A DNA stretch of 64,000 nt from Candidatus Micrarchaeia archaeon (GCA_041665945.1 JBAYHU010000002.1:43350-107349), one strand, 5' to 3'; shown: positions 27,117 to 37,173, numbered from the stretch's first letter. The notes: generated by a model not told the origin, from the sequence alone. Program-made: numbers and translations.

Positions 27117-28985
27117 CTAAGCCTTGTCCCTCAAAAGCAGCCTCGGGAAAATTCCCAGAGACTCTATTTCGTCGAGCAGCAGCTTGAACGCGTAGCTCAT
27201 CTCCGCCTGCGAAAGTATTCCGTTCTCGCAAAGCGGGCAGTTGTCGCGGTTCTTCACGAAGTCGTGGTGCCCGATTGAGCCGCACGTCTCGCAGACAAGC
27301 ATCGTCGTCTTGTCCGACTCGTCAAGCAGCCTCTCCTTGATAAGCATCGATGCGCCGTAGCCGATAAGGCAGTCGCGTTCCATTTCTCCGAAACGAAGAC
27401 CTCCTTCCCTTGAGCGCCCTTCGGTCGGCTGGTGGGTGAGCAGCTGCACAGGGCCGCGCGAGCGGACGTGCATCTTGTTTGAAACAAGGTGGTGCAGCTT
27501 CTGGTAGTAGATTACGCCGATGTAAATCTTCGTCTTGATTGCCTGCCCGGTCATGCCGTCGTAGAGCGTTTCCTCGCCGTATTCGGAAAGCCCGTTCTCC
27601 TTCATTATCTTCTTGATGTCCTCCTCCTTGTCGCCTGTGAACGCGGTCGCGTCCACGAGCTTGCCGGAGTAGCACGCAGCCTTGCAGCCCAGCATCTCAA
27701 GCAGGTGCCCGATTGTCATACGGGAGGGGATGGCGTGCGGGTTGATGATAAGGTCGGGGCACACTCCGTCCTTGTTGAACGGCATGTCCTCCTGCGGGCG
27801 GATAAGCCCGATGACTCCCTTCTGCCCGTGGCGGGAGGCGAACTTGTCGCCGACTTCCGGGACCTTGATAGAGCGCACGCGCGCCTTCACAAGCTTTGTT
27901 CCCGAGAGCGAGTCCGTGAGCATGACAGAGTCGACAACGCCGTCCTCTCCTGACTTGAGAACAAGCGAGGATTCGCGCTTCTTTTCCTCAATGACTCCAA
28001 AGACGGTAATCTCTTCGAGGAAACGGGGGGGCGAGGTCTTTCCGACCAGCACGTCCTTTGCCGTCACTTCGCACTCGGGCGAAATCACGCCGTCCTCTCC
28101 AAGGAAGCGGTATGCTGTTTCTTCGCGGTAGCCGCTCGTGGTGGGCGCGGGGATTTCGAACGTGTCCTTCTGCCCGCCGGGGTAGCGGCGTTCCTCGGCT
28201 TCGTGCGACTTGTAGAAGACAGAGCGCCCGAGGCCGCGGTTAATCGCGTTCTTGTTCATGACAACGGCGTCGCCGATGTTGTAGCCGTACGAGGAAGTTA
28301 TCGCGACGATGAAGTTCTGCCCTGCCGCGCGCTCGGCGAAGCCGAGAAGCCCGTAGGGCTGAGTCTGCGCAAGGGGCTGCTGCGGGTAGAACATGATGTG
28401 CGCGCGGGAGTCGTTGCGCATGTTGAAGTTGACTGCGTACGTTCCGAGCGACTGCTTTGCCATGGCGCATGCCATGGTGATACGCGGGGATGAGTTGTAT
28501 TCCGGGTAAGGAAGAACCGATACCGTGACTCCGAAGATGGAGACCGGGTCGATTTCAAGGTGCGTGTGGTCCGGCGTTATTTCGGACTCCTTGAGCGCGA
28601 CATAGGCGGATTCCTCCTCTTCTGCATCGAGATATTCGATGACGCCGAGCTTCACCAATCCCTTCCAGGTGATTTCGTTTCTTTTGAGCTGGTCAAGAAG
28701 GACCGGCGTGAGGCGGGACTGCCCGTTCTCGACGACGACGTAAGGGTGGCGCGCGCGGCCCGAGTCGCTGTTGATGAACAGGTCGTCGGTCTTGCGGTTG
28801 TACTGGAAGTTCACTTCCGAGGAGAGCGAGCCCTGCCTGCGGCGGCTGCGCAATTCGGAGAGAAGGGTGGTGCCGCTTTCGTGGAATCCCACCAGCCTGC
28901 CGTTAAGGTAAATGGAGGTCTTCGGGACAACGCCGCTTGCGGCTGCTGCCCTTCGCTTGGACTTGCTGGATTTTTTGCGCTTCAC
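27117..28985 (-). CDS. rpoB1: DNA-directed RNA polymerase subunit B' (C-terminal half of Rpo2)
   Basis: Rpb2 C-terminal homology with the zinc ribbon CETCG...CPLC. Start at the GTG preceded by GGTGATATTT. Confidence 0.96.
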   Translation of the reverse strand: MKRKKSSKSKRRAAAASGVVPKTSIYLNGRLVGFHESGTTLLSELRSRRRQGSLSSEVNFQYNRKTDDLFINSDSGRARHPYVVVENGQSRLTPVLLDQLKRNEITWKGLVKLGVIEYLDAEEEESAYVALKESEITPDHTHLEIDPVSIFGVTVSVLPYPEYNSSPRITMACAMAKQSLGTYAVNFNMRNDSRAHIMFYPQQPLAQTQPYGLLGFAERAAGQNFIVAITSSYGYNIGDAVVMNKNAINRGLGRSVFYKSHEAEERRYPGGQKDTFEIPAPTTSGYREETAYRFLGEDGVISPECEVTAKDVLVGKTSPPRFLEEITVFGVIEEKKRESSLVLKSGEDGVVDSVMLTDSLSGTKLVKARVRSIKVPEVGDKFASRHGQKGVIGLIRPQEDMPFNKDGVCPDLIINPHAIPSRMTIGHLLEMLGCKAACYSGKLVDATAFTGDKEEDIKKIMKENGLSEYGEETLYDGMTGQAIKTKIYIGVIYYQKLHHLVSNKMHVRSRGPVQLLTHQPTEGRSREGGLRFGEMERDCLIGYGASMLIKERLLDESDKTTMLVCETCGSIGHHDFVKNRDNCPLCENGILSQAEMSYAFKLLLDEIESLGIFPRLLLRDKA

Positions 28986-29013
28986 AAATATCACCAAATG
29001 AACGCGATTGCGC

Positions 29014-30474
29014 TTATCTCTTGACTCCGAGCTTTGTTACCGATTCCTCGATGTTCTTCTCGTCCTCGCCGATTGAGACCTCGCACAAAAGCGAGAGGTT
29101 CTTCACCAGCGCGCACGACGGCCCTTCAGGGGACTCGTTCGGGCAGAGCTTGCCCCAGTGCGTGCCATGCAAGTCACGCGCCTTGAAGTGCGGGTGCTTG
29201 CGGGAGAGTGGCGAGATTATCCTCCTCAAATGGGAAACTGAGGAGAGGAAGCTTGTCCTGTCAAGAAGCTGCGATACTCCGGTCTGTCCGGCAATCCAGT
29301 TGCCTGTTGCCATGGAGTAGCGGATTCTGTCGGAGAGCGCGTCAGGGCGCACGAGCGTCTGCACCGCGAGGTGCCTGCCGCGGGCGTCTGCCCTGCCTGC
29401 CTGGTAAGACACGTCTTTTACGAGGAACTGGAACGCGTAGCGGAACAGGTCCTCCATCAGGTCTCCAGTGAGCTTGATGCGCTTGTTCGCGTAGTGGTCC
29501 TTGTCGTCCTGCGGGATTTCATTGTGCGCGACCTTGATTGCGTGCTCCGCCATCTTGCAAAGGTAGCGCGCTTTCCGCATGCGGTCCTCCGCAGTCGTCC
29601 CGATGTGCGGAAGAAGGTAAGTGTCAAGGAGGATTTCTGCGCGCTTCTCGCGGTAGTCTTCAGCCTGCGAGGGCGCGGCTTTCCTTCCGAGGAAGTCGAT
29701 TGCGGACTTGCGGTCCGTTGTCGTGTCCGCCTCCATGTTGAGAAGCATGTCGTTCTTCACGTTGCGGTCGTCTGCGAAGACTGCGAGTATTTCGTTGTTC
29801 TTCTCAAGCCCGAGCGCGCGGAGAGTCGAAGTGAGCGGGAGGTCTTTTGGAGAAGCGGGGAACACGACTCTCATGAGCCCCTCGTTCGTGCGCTCGACCA
29901 CCGAGCGTGCGCGGAAGCCGAAGCGCGTGGAGAATACTTTCGCGGTGATGAGCGTGTTGTCCTTTTCGCGCGTGCACATGATGCGGTTGGGCGCAAGGTC
30001 TTCAATCGAAGTGAGAACGCGCTCGCTTCCGTTGATGATGAAATATCCGCCCGGGTCGGCAGGGTCCTCGCCCGCTTCAATCAGCTCGTCAGGGCTCATG
30101 TTGTCGAGGTAGCAGAGCTTGGATTTTACCATGACGGGCAGTTCGCCGATGAAAACTTCCGAGAAAGTCGTTTTTTCAACGCCGTTGAAAACAGGGATTA
30201 TCTCGAGGAAAATGGGTGCTGCATAAGTGAGGTTGCGGAGGCGCGCTTCCGAGGGCGTGATGGTGCGCTGCGCGCCGTCAGCCTCGATGATTTTCGGCTT
30301 CTCGAGGCGGATTTGCCCGAAGCGAAGCTCGAATCCCTCGACTGAGGGCTGGATTGTGCCGACGCGGTTGACCACCTGCTGGAGGCCGAACTCGATGAAC
30401 TTGTTGTACGAATCAAGGTGCTGTTTTACCAGGCTGTTGTCCTTGAAATATGCTGTGAGCAGTTCTCCGCGCAT
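29014..30474 (-). CDS. rpoB2: DNA-directed RNA polymerase subunit B'' (N-terminal half of Rpo2)
   Basis: Rpb2 N-terminal homology, 486 aa. Split B is a euryarchaeal/DPANN-type arrangement. Confidence 0.96.
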   Translation of the reverse strand: MRGELLTAYFKDNSLVKQHLDSYNKFIEFGLQQVVNRVGTIQPSVEGFELRFGQIRLEKPKIIEADGAQRTITPSEARLRNLTYAAPIFLEIIPVFNGVEKTTFSEVFIGELPVMVKSKLCYLDNMSPDELIEAGEDPADPGGYFIINGSERVLTSIEDLAPNRIMCTREKDNTLITAKVFSTRFGFRARSVVERTNEGLMRVVFPASPKDLPLTSTLRALGLEKNNEILAVFADDRNVKNDMLLNMEADTTTDRKSAIDFLGRKAAPSQAEDYREKRAEILLDTYLLPHIGTTAEDRMRKARYLCKMAEHAIKVAHNEIPQDDKDHYANKRIKLTGDLMEDLFRYAFQFLVKDVSYQAGRADARGRHLAVQTLVRPDALSDRIRYSMATGNWIAGQTGVSQLLDRTSFLSSVSHLRRIISPLSRKHPHFKARDLHGTHWGKLCPNESPEGPSCALVKNLSLLCEVSIGEDEKNIEESVTKLGVKR

Positions 30475-30570
30475 GGAAATTCCCTCCCTTCAGTCTCTGC
30501 GTAACCGCGCGCACATGGCGGCGCGGCGCAAGATATGGTGAATATTAACTGTGATGGCTTGCGCTGGAAT

Positions 30571-30792
30571 TCAAACGACCAGGCGGTAGCACTTGGAGTC
30601 GTCCAGCCTCGTCACTTCGACGATCTGTCCGGGCTTCGCGCCCAATCCGGCAAGCGCCGGATCCTTCGAGAATATCTTCGGAATCTGGTGTTTCGACACC
30701 CTGAAAGTGGAAAGCACTGCCTCCGCGTCCTTCGTGGAGAGGAGCTTGTGCTGCGGGATTAATTCGTGGGTTGGGGCTTCTTTATCGGGCAA
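30571..30792 (-). CDS. rpoH: DNA-directed RNA polymerase subunit H (Rpo5)
   Basis: 73 aa with an Rpb5 C-terminal-like sequence (...HELIPQHKLL...). TTG start 7 nt after AGGTG. Confidence 0.85.
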   Translation of the reverse strand: MPDKEAPTHELIPQHKLLSTKDAEAVLSTFRVSKHQIPKIFSKDPALAGLGAKPGQIVEVTRLDDSKCYRLVV

Positions 30793-30844
30793 AGTAACAC
30801 CTAACTTAGCGATACGTACGTGTAGGGCTTGTTATGAAACAAAA

Positions 30845-30852
30845 GTTTATAA
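30845..30852. promoter_or_regulatory. Palindromic TATA box TTTATAAA in the rpoH / low-GC gene divergent spacer
   Basis: Classic archaeal TATA octamer. It is 53 nt upstream of the rpoH TTG and 70 nt upstream of ATG 30923. A purine-rich BRE-like AAAAG lies on the plus side. Confidence 0.5.
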
Positions 30853-30922
30853 AGGATTCCTAATCAAGAAGGGCTCAGGAGAAACGGAATTTAAACGGCA
30901 CAAAGAAACATAGTGATATTTG

Positions 30923-31888
30923 ATGAGCACCGACAGTAAACCAGAACTAGACGCCTATCCCGGGCTTGTCTCAGACACCTTTTCCAAGATTTTTACCGCA
31001 ATGCGGCAATTTCTGGCTAGCAAGAACATCGTAATAACTCCCGAGTTTACCTTTTTCTTCGCACTAGCCGCGTACATCTTTTTAGATAACGACATAACTA
31101 ATATAGCATCCAAACTAAATACGCCTACAATCGTAATACTGACTCTTGTGGGTCTAAACCTGCTGTGGCCCAACCTCCCACAAATAAAACGCACGATTTT
31201 CAGCACTGATGAAGAAAAATTGAATAAAATACTAAAAATATGCAATGAACAGGAAGCGTTAAGCAAGTTGGGTAATTTTTTAGCAAGTAGTGGAACGGAA
31301 CTAAAAATAACCAAAAAAATATTTTCAAGAAGATTTGCAGATAACTATGAAGCATATGATTTATTTTTCAAGAATGTTAGCATGGATGAAAGCGAGGTTA
31401 ACTACCTAATACAGAGAAGAGTCATAAACAAGCCATTTTTCAACGAATTGTTGATGGAGAATTTTTTGGCTAAAACCCCTTGGACGATTTCTTATTCGAC
31501 CTATCAAAAATTAAAGCAGATCATACGAGAAAGAAACTTCTCTAGCCGCATAAGAAAATTATTCAACTACAGATATTGCAGATATAGTGATGGTTCATTA
31601 AAACAAACTGTTTTGATTCATGAACGAGAAAAAGCATATCTGATAGTCAGAAAATTACTTATGATAATGTTGGCAGCATCGGTCGCGGCGATATACATTT
31701 TTGGCGCAGTTGCGATAATTAGCGCACAGACTCCTCAAAATGCAGCCATGACTACCCAAATAGCCAATGTGGTAGAAGCTTCAGCTGCACTTTTTGCAAT
31801 AGGAATCGCTCTGCTGATCATTATTCATATTGTAAATTGGTTCATGAAACAGTTGTTCCTCCAATTCTTAGTTAAAGATACAATTTAG
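30923..31888 (+). CDS. Low-GC (about 35% GC) multi-TM hypothetical protein (321 aa), probable horizontally acquired gene
   Basis: Strong compositional contrast with the roughly 60%-GC flanks, yet the ATG is preceded by the native-type GTGATATTT-g context. About 4 TM helices (2 N-terminal, 2 C-terminal) with a soluble middle domain. No family recognised. Confidence 0.65.
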   Translation: MSTDSKPELDAYPGLVSDTFSKIFTAMRQFLASKNIVITPEFTFFFALAAYIFLDNDITNIASKLNTPTIVILTLVGLNLLWPNLPQIKRTIFSTDEEKLNKILKICNEQEALSKLGNFLASSGTELKITKKIFSRRFADNYEAYDLFFKNVSMDESEVNYLIQRRVINKPFFNELLMENFLAKTPWTISYSTYQKLKQIIRERNFSSRIRKLFNYRYCRYSDGSLKQTVLIHEREKAYLIVRKLLMIMLAASVAAIYIFGAVAIISAQTPQNAAMTTQIANVVEASAALFAIGIALLIIIHIVNWFMKQLFLQFLVKDTI

Positions 31889-31989
31889 ACTAAAGAATGA
31901 AACTAAAGGACTACACCAAACGCATTCCGCCCGGTTTAAAAACACTATTGTAGATATTCGACAACAGGTCAAGCCGGTTTTGCAGGCAG

Positions 31990-32117
31990 GCGGAAAGGCA
32001 CAGGAAAATTCGCATTAGAATATACTGGGACTGGCAACTGGGACCATCAGCAACCGGCGATTTGCCGGAAAGCGCGGGAGGCAGGGGAAAATTCGCCCTA
32101 ATATATACTGTATATGG
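31990..32117. repeat. Duplicated about 40-bp element (GGCGGAAAGGCACAGGAAAATTCGCATTAGAATATACTG / GCGGGAGGCAGGGGAAAATTCGCCCTAATATATACTG), copies about 83 bp apart
   Basis: Direct imperfect repeat in the 240-nt spacer upstream of gene 32131. Each copy ends in a TATA-like AATATATACTG. Candidate tandem promoters or regulator sites. Confidence 0.4.
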
Positions 32118-32130
32118 AAGGTGTTTTGGA

Positions 32131-32874
32131 ATGCAGGCGCACAACAGGAGAATACTGAACGAGAAATTCACGGGAAAGGTCGCATCACGGCTCGGCCTTT
32201 CCATGGAGCAGGAAGGCAGGCTCAACAGGAAGTTTTACGCTTACCACGATTTGGTGCACCCGCGCCTGAAGAAGGAGCCGACCGCGATTGACGGATGGAA
32301 ATTCATCGCAAGCGGGATGGAAAACCATGCGCCTGCGCAGCCGCACGCCGAAAACGCCCAGTTCGAGCATCTTGAGAAGGCGAAGCTGGAATTGGCTGAC
32401 GAGCTTCTCGCCATCTTAAAGGAAGCCCCGGCGAGAATCAAGGATACGAAGCTCGGGATAATCAGCGCGACTTCCGGCTTTTCCCTCGCCATAATCGGGC
32501 TTGAGGACCTTCTTGGCAAGCAGGCAGTCCGCCTGAAGCTCGACACCGCGGCAATTGCGCCGGCGGCTGAGAAAGCCGAGGGGCTCAAGAAATTCTTCAA
32601 GGGGAAGACTGCGAAACTCACGCTCGGCTCGCTTGCGGCAGGCGTGGCGGCGTTCGGAACAGGGACCGTAATCGCGATATTGCAATCCATTCCCGAGCCG
32701 GTGCCCGCAATCATGGCGGCGGGATACATTGCACTTGGCGCAATCCTCTCGGTACTGGTCGCAGTAAGGTCAAAGCATATCTACCACTCGTCAATGTTTT
32801 TGGCTTACAACCGGCAGGCAAAGGAGGCGCAAGAGGCGCAGAAGCAGGAAGGGAACACGGGAAGCAAGAATTAG
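32131..32874 (+). CDS. Hypothetical membrane protein (247 aa)
   Basis: SD AGGTG-ttttgga-ATG. Helical N-terminal domain and C-terminal TM helices. The ORF finder started 23 codons upstream. Confidence 0.6.
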   Translation: MQAHNRRILNEKFTGKVASRLGLSMEQEGRLNRKFYAYHDLVHPRLKKEPTAIDGWKFIASGMENHAPAQPHAENAQFEHLEKAKLELADELLAILKEAPARIKDTKLGIISATSGFSLAIIGLEDLLGKQAVRLKLDTAAIAPAAEKAEGLKKFFKGKTAKLTLGSLAAGVAAFGTGTVIAILQSIPEPVPAIMAAGYIALGAILSVLVAVRSKHIYHSSMFLAYNRQAKEAQEAQKQEGNTGSKN

Positions 32875-32950
32875 GATTTGACCTGCGGCATCCTGCGCAT
32901 TGCGCGCGGGCTTGCCCGATAAGGAGAACAAACAGCAGGAGCTGGTATAT

Positions 32951-34351
32951 ATGGCAGAACAGAAAACCGCGCAGCTGCGCGAGAAAGTCGTGTCCAAGAT
33001 AATCACGGTGTCGCGGAGGTTCCACTACGAGCCGCTCACGTCAGACCTTGACGAGAGGATGCCGCTTCCGAAAAACATCTCGCTCATGGCGCTGTCCTAC
33101 CTTCTCGACGGCAACCACCTCATCAAGGGCGACCCGGGATTCGGGAAAAGCACGGGCGCGAAGATAATCTCCTCGGTATTCGGCGGCGTGCCGTACGACT
33201 TGTACCACAGCCTCGAGCTTCAGGGGCATTCCGGGCAGGTGAAGGAGCACGCGGTCGGAAGGCTGGATTTCTCCACCGAATCCGCGGGCGAGAACATGAT
33301 TTGGATGGGCACGATTGCGCTGCCCGTCCTCCACGTGGACGAGGGCAACCGCCTTCCCCCGGAAACGCAGGGCGGCATATTGCAGGGGCTTGAGACCAAG
33401 CGCTGGAACTATTCCGGCAACCACACGTATTACGCCGGGCCCAAGCCCGCGTTCATCACGGTCAATTACCACGACGAGGGGACGGAACGCTTCCTACCCC
33501 CGCTTCTGGACAGGATGGACATAGTCACCGAAAACCAGTACACCGGCAGGAACAACTTCATCACCAACATGACCTACGAGCTTGCGAAAAGCGAGCGGCG
33601 CAGGCTGCTTCGCGACGATGCGATAACCAACGAGGCGATGAAGAAGCTCAACAAGAAGGGCATCGAGGAATTCGTGAAATACTGCAAGGAAAACCGCCTG
33701 AAAATGGTCGGGAAGATAACGGATGAGGAAAAGGCGGAAATATTCGCGCAGATAGACGCGGTGAGCGTTTCCAAAAAGGGCGCGGGCGGCTCGCTCGTGT
33801 CGGGCAACGACGCGCTATTGTTCCTCTCGGCATTCGACGCGGAAATCAACTGGTCGGAAAAATACGGTTCCAAGCGCTCGGCAGACACGATAAGCGACCA
33901 CAGCCACGACAGGAAATACATCGGGGTGGATGTGAAGGGCGGGTTCTCCCCGCGCTCGCTTGTCGCAGCCCTGCGCTATGCAAAGGGAGTGGCGTGGCTT
34001 TCGGGAAGGGACGAGCTTGACATCAGGGACGTCGTTGCCGTGCTTCCGCACGCAATCGCGCACAAGACCGCGTTCTCGGAGAAATTTGTGAAGGACGCCG
34101 AGGGCAGAAACGAGATGCTGGAGCTTGCGCTCGCGAGGAAGCTCGTGGGCAAGGCGCTTGAAAATTACAGGAAAGCCGCAGACGGAATCAAGGGGCTGCT
34201 TGCCAAGATACAGGAGGCGCCGCAGGAAATAATGAAGTTCGACATCGGCAAGTACGACCACCCGCTCCAAAAGTCGCTCATCTCCACTGTGAAGGACGAA
34301 TTCTCCAAGCACGAATCGTACGGCGATACCGGGCTTGAGGAAACGGTCTGA
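32951..34351 (+). CDS. MoxR-like AAA+ ATPase
   Basis: Walker A GDPGFGKS; Walker B / sensor LHVDEGNRLPPETQGGILQGLE, typical of MoxR. Long helical C-terminal extension. SD AGGAG. Confidence 0.85.
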   Translation: MAEQKTAQLREKVVSKIITVSRRFHYEPLTSDLDERMPLPKNISLMALSYLLDGNHLIKGDPGFGKSTGAKIISSVFGGVPYDLYHSLELQGHSGQVKEHAVGRLDFSTESAGENMIWMGTIALPVLHVDEGNRLPPETQGGILQGLETKRWNYSGNHTYYAGPKPAFITVNYHDEGTERFLPPLLDRMDIVTENQYTGRNNFITNMTYELAKSERRRLLRDDAITNEAMKKLNKKGIEEFVKYCKENRLKMVGKITDEEKAEIFAQIDAVSVSKKGAGGSLVSGNDALLFLSAFDAEINWSEKYGSKRSADTISDHSHDRKYIGVDVKGGFSPRSLVAALRYAKGVAWLSGRDELDIRDVVAVLPHAIAHKTAFSEKFVKDAEGRNEMLELALARKLVGKALENYRKAADGIKGLLAKIQEAPQEIMKFDIGKYDHPLQKSLISTVKDEFSKHESYGDTGLEETV

Positions 34352-34384
34352 GCCCTGCGCGGGCATTTGCAAACGGGTGCGCTG

Positions 34385-36289
34385 ATGAAATTCCTCTGGA
34401 AAAAGCAGGATGGCGTCGAACGCGGAAACGCGGGCAGCGGCGGCGCGGGCTTTTTCAAAAGGCAGATGCAGGAAAAGCCGCAGATCGAGGTGGAAAAATT
34501 CCTCTGGCAGTGGGAACTCTGCCGCGCGCTTTTCCACTCGCCGGTGCTTTCCGCGCCAAAAATGGGCGCCCCTCCCCTCGGATTTTCAGGCGCGCACCAC
34601 GACATCGCCACTGGCGAGACTTGGGTGGATGCTGAAGCGGCGCGCGGGCTTTCGGACGCCACCGGCTGCCAGTTCGAATCCGTCCTCTCAGGGCTCATGA
34701 TACGGCAGATTTCAAGCTACATGGATTTCCCGAAAAGCCTCTCAAACGCACTCATCCTCGAAAAGATGATTCTTGACTTCTGCAAGGGGGACGAGGCGAG
34801 GAACCCGGAATTTTTGCGTTTTGTTTCAATGGCATTCTCCGCGCTTGCCGCCGACGCATGCTCGGTCCTTGACCCGGAAAAGGCAAGGCACGCACTTGAG
34901 CTTCGCAGGGCAATGGCAGCGGCGAACCCCGGCGACTTGCGCCTCCAGCTGGAATACGCCTATTTGCAGTCGCAGGCAAGGCAGGACGTGAAGCCGCCCG
35001 CAGGGCTGGAGCGCGAATTTGAGAAGCTGCACACCGTTGACTTTTCCGCCGCGGGGGAAAACCACGAGGAGATGCGCCGCGCGCTGATGATATGGATGGA
35101 AATCGCGCGAAGCGTTTCGGCGCAGGAATTTTCCATGCCCGGGCGGCGGGGATTCGGGAAGGGGGCCGGCTCGAGGAAAGGATGGGGCGCTGGCAGGATG
35201 GAAGTTGTTGACTCGGACCACTCACAGTCCATTTCGCAGGCAAGCGGGCACAATCTTTCGCAGGCGCTTGCGCAGGCGGCGTCGCGCCTCTCGCGGCAGG
35301 AATTCGAAAAGGTGAGGAAAATCGCCGGCGAGATGAAAGGCGAGGGCGGCGGCGGGCATGGCGCGCAGGGAATCGGGCTGGATGAGTCGTTCAGCGGGCT
35401 TGACGTGGATGCGTCCACGGTCGAATATTATCTCACGCTCGTCAGGAATTATCCGCTGGTAATCGGCAGGGTGCCGATTGAAACCAACGGCATGCGAGAT
35501 GTCTACAAGGGGACCGAGAGGTTCACGGCTGGCTCGCCCCCGCACAGGGCAATGCCGTTCACCTCGGGCGGGAAAATACTGCCCGGAATCACGAGGATGA
35601 CCGGAATCGGAAAGAGGCACAGAAGGACCCTTGACTACGAGGTGCCAAACGCGCTGATATTGATAGACTCAAGCGACACCATGCCCGACCCGGCAACCCA
35701 AAAGTCCGCGCCGGTGGCTGCGGGGATTTCCACTGCTATTTCCTACCTCAACATGGGCGGGGAAGTGGGCGTCCTCAATTTCGGGCCGAAAAGCTGCTAT
35801 CTCCCCTTCGGGCGGGATGAAGGGCGGATATTCCTGTCCATCGTGGCAAAGCAGCACGGCGGCACGCGGATAGACGTCGGCATCGTGAAGCAGATGCTTG
35901 AGGCGCAGGGCAGCGGGCATCTTATCGAAGGCGGGCTGGACATTTCGTGCGTGCTTTCTGACCCGGCATTCGAAAAAATTGCGGCCGAGGCGGCGAAGAA
36001 GGAAGTGTCAGTTTCGACCGACGCGATAAGCCGCATTTCCGGCGCAAAGCCGGTTGACCTGTTCATATTCTCGGACATGAAGATATCCAACCTCTCCGAG
36101 CTTTTGGGGCTGGTCGAGGAGAGGGAGGGCGTGAACCGCGCCACGATAATAACAAATTCGGGCATCAGCGCGGAGGAACTCGGCGTTTCTGAGAAAATAC
36201 GCGTCTATTCCAACGTGAATGACGTGGAGCAAAGCGTGCAGATTGCGGTTGGCGAAGCCCGCAGGGCAATGGGGAACAACGGCGAGTAA
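34385..36289 (+). CDS. von Willebrand factor A (vWA) domain protein, MoxR partner
   Basis: C-terminal vWA with the MIDAS motif DSSDTM...G. Large unique N-terminal region of about 400 aa. SD GGGTG. Confidence 0.8.
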   Translation: MKFLWKKQDGVERGNAGSGGAGFFKRQMQEKPQIEVEKFLWQWELCRALFHSPVLSAPKMGAPPLGFSGAHHDIATGETWVDAEAARGLSDATGCQFESVLSGLMIRQISSYMDFPKSLSNALILEKMILDFCKGDEARNPEFLRFVSMAFSALAADACSVLDPEKARHALELRRAMAAANPGDLRLQLEYAYLQSQARQDVKPPAGLEREFEKLHTVDFSAAGENHEEMRRALMIWMEIARSVSAQEFSMPGRRGFGKGAGSRKGWGAGRMEVVDSDHSQSISQASGHNLSQALAQAASRLSRQEFEKVRKIAGEMKGEGGGGHGAQGIGLDESFSGLDVDASTVEYYLTLVRNYPLVIGRVPIETNGMRDVYKGTERFTAGSPPHRAMPFTSGGKILPGITRMTGIGKRHRRTLDYEVPNALILIDSSDTMPDPATQKSAPVAAGISTAISYLNMGGEVGVLNFGPKSCYLPFGRDEGRIFLSIVAKQHGGTRIDVGIVKQMLEAQGSGHLIEGGLDISCVLSDPAFEKIAAEAAKKEVSVSTDAISRISGAKPVDLFIFSDMKISNLSELLGLVEEREGVNRATIITNSGISAEELGVSEKIRVYSNVNDVEQSVQIAVGEARRAMGNNGE

Positions 36290-36290
36290 G

Positions 36291-37124
36291 ATGGTATCCA
36301 TGGAGCAGAAAAAAATCGATGGGGAAAAACAGCAGGCTGGCGGAAGCCCTGCGAAGCGCGCCTTCTCCCTTGCCGGGCTTTTCTCAAAACAGCAGCCAAT
36401 CGCCGAGAAACTCGCCCCGCTTGTGAAGGTGAACGAGCGCGTGCGCGAGATGGATGATGCGCTTGACGCAGCGCTTGCGGCAAAATCATACTATACCGCT
36501 GAGCGCAAGGAGGCGCTTGCGAAGATAGCCGGCATGGGGCACACTGCGGAGGACATTGCGGAATTCGCGCTTTCGCTTGGCAAATACCAGGGCAGGAAAA
36601 ATTTCGCAAACAGGGCGGGGCTTTTCCTCTCCGAGCTTTGCAATTCTTGCGCCGACAGGGCAATCACGCTGCACCTCTCGCACCTTGACACGCCGATAAA
36701 CTACCTCGGCTTCCGCAACCGCAAGGAGCTCACAGTAATCGGCAACGCAGGCAGCCACTTCGGGCAGGAAAACGAGGATGGCTCGCTTTCCCTTGAGGGG
36801 AACGCGGGCAGCTTCGCGTTCTTGCGCATGCGGGGCGGCAGCGCGAAAATCACCGGAAGCGCGCTTGACTATGCGTGCGAGGAGATGGAAAACGGGAAGG
36901 CGTCCATAGGCGGCAACGCGCGCCACCATGCAGGCAGGATGATGAGGGGCGGGCAGGCGCTTTTCAACAGGGACGTCGGCGACGCCGCGTTCGAGGAGAT
37001 GAGCGGCGGGAATGCGATAGTCCATGGGCTGGCCGGCGAAAATCCCGGGCGCGGAAGGGTTGGCGGGCACCTGACGATATACAGGAATGCGTGGAACAAC
37101 GGCAGGGCGCAGCACGGGCAATAG
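36291..37124 (+). CDS. GXGXG beta-helix repeat protein (GltB C-terminal / FwdC-like domain)
   Basis: About 19-aa repeats GNAGSxxxxxMxGGxAxIxG (GNAGSFAFLRMRGGSAKITG, GGNARHHAGRMMRGGQALFN, ...) typical of the glutamate-synthase alpha C-terminal / FwdC fold. Start is translationally coupled to the vWA stop. Confidence 0.65.
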   Translation: MVSMEQKKIDGEKQQAGGSPAKRAFSLAGLFSKQQPIAEKLAPLVKVNERVREMDDALDAALAAKSYYTAERKEALAKIAGMGHTAEDIAEFALSLGKYQGRKNFANRAGLFLSELCNSCADRAITLHLSHLDTPINYLGFRNRKELTVIGNAGSHFGQENEDGSLSLEGNAGSFAFLRMRGGSAKITGSALDYACEEMENGKASIGGNARHHAGRMMRGGQALFNRDVGDAAFEEMSGGNAIVHGLAGENPGRGRVGGHLTIYRNAWNNGRAQHGQ

Positions 37125-37173
37125 CGGTTTTTATTCGTTTTATATCAGACAAGGGCACATCGGGAATGGTTGC

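Noticed and set aside
36291-37124. Bactofilin or hexapeptide-repeat interpretation of the GNAGS... repeat protein
   Set aside because: The repeat length of about 19 aa and the GxxGxxMxGGxAxI pattern fit the GXGXG (GltB C-terminal / FwdC) beta-helix better than bactofilin (DUF583) or LbH hexapeptides.
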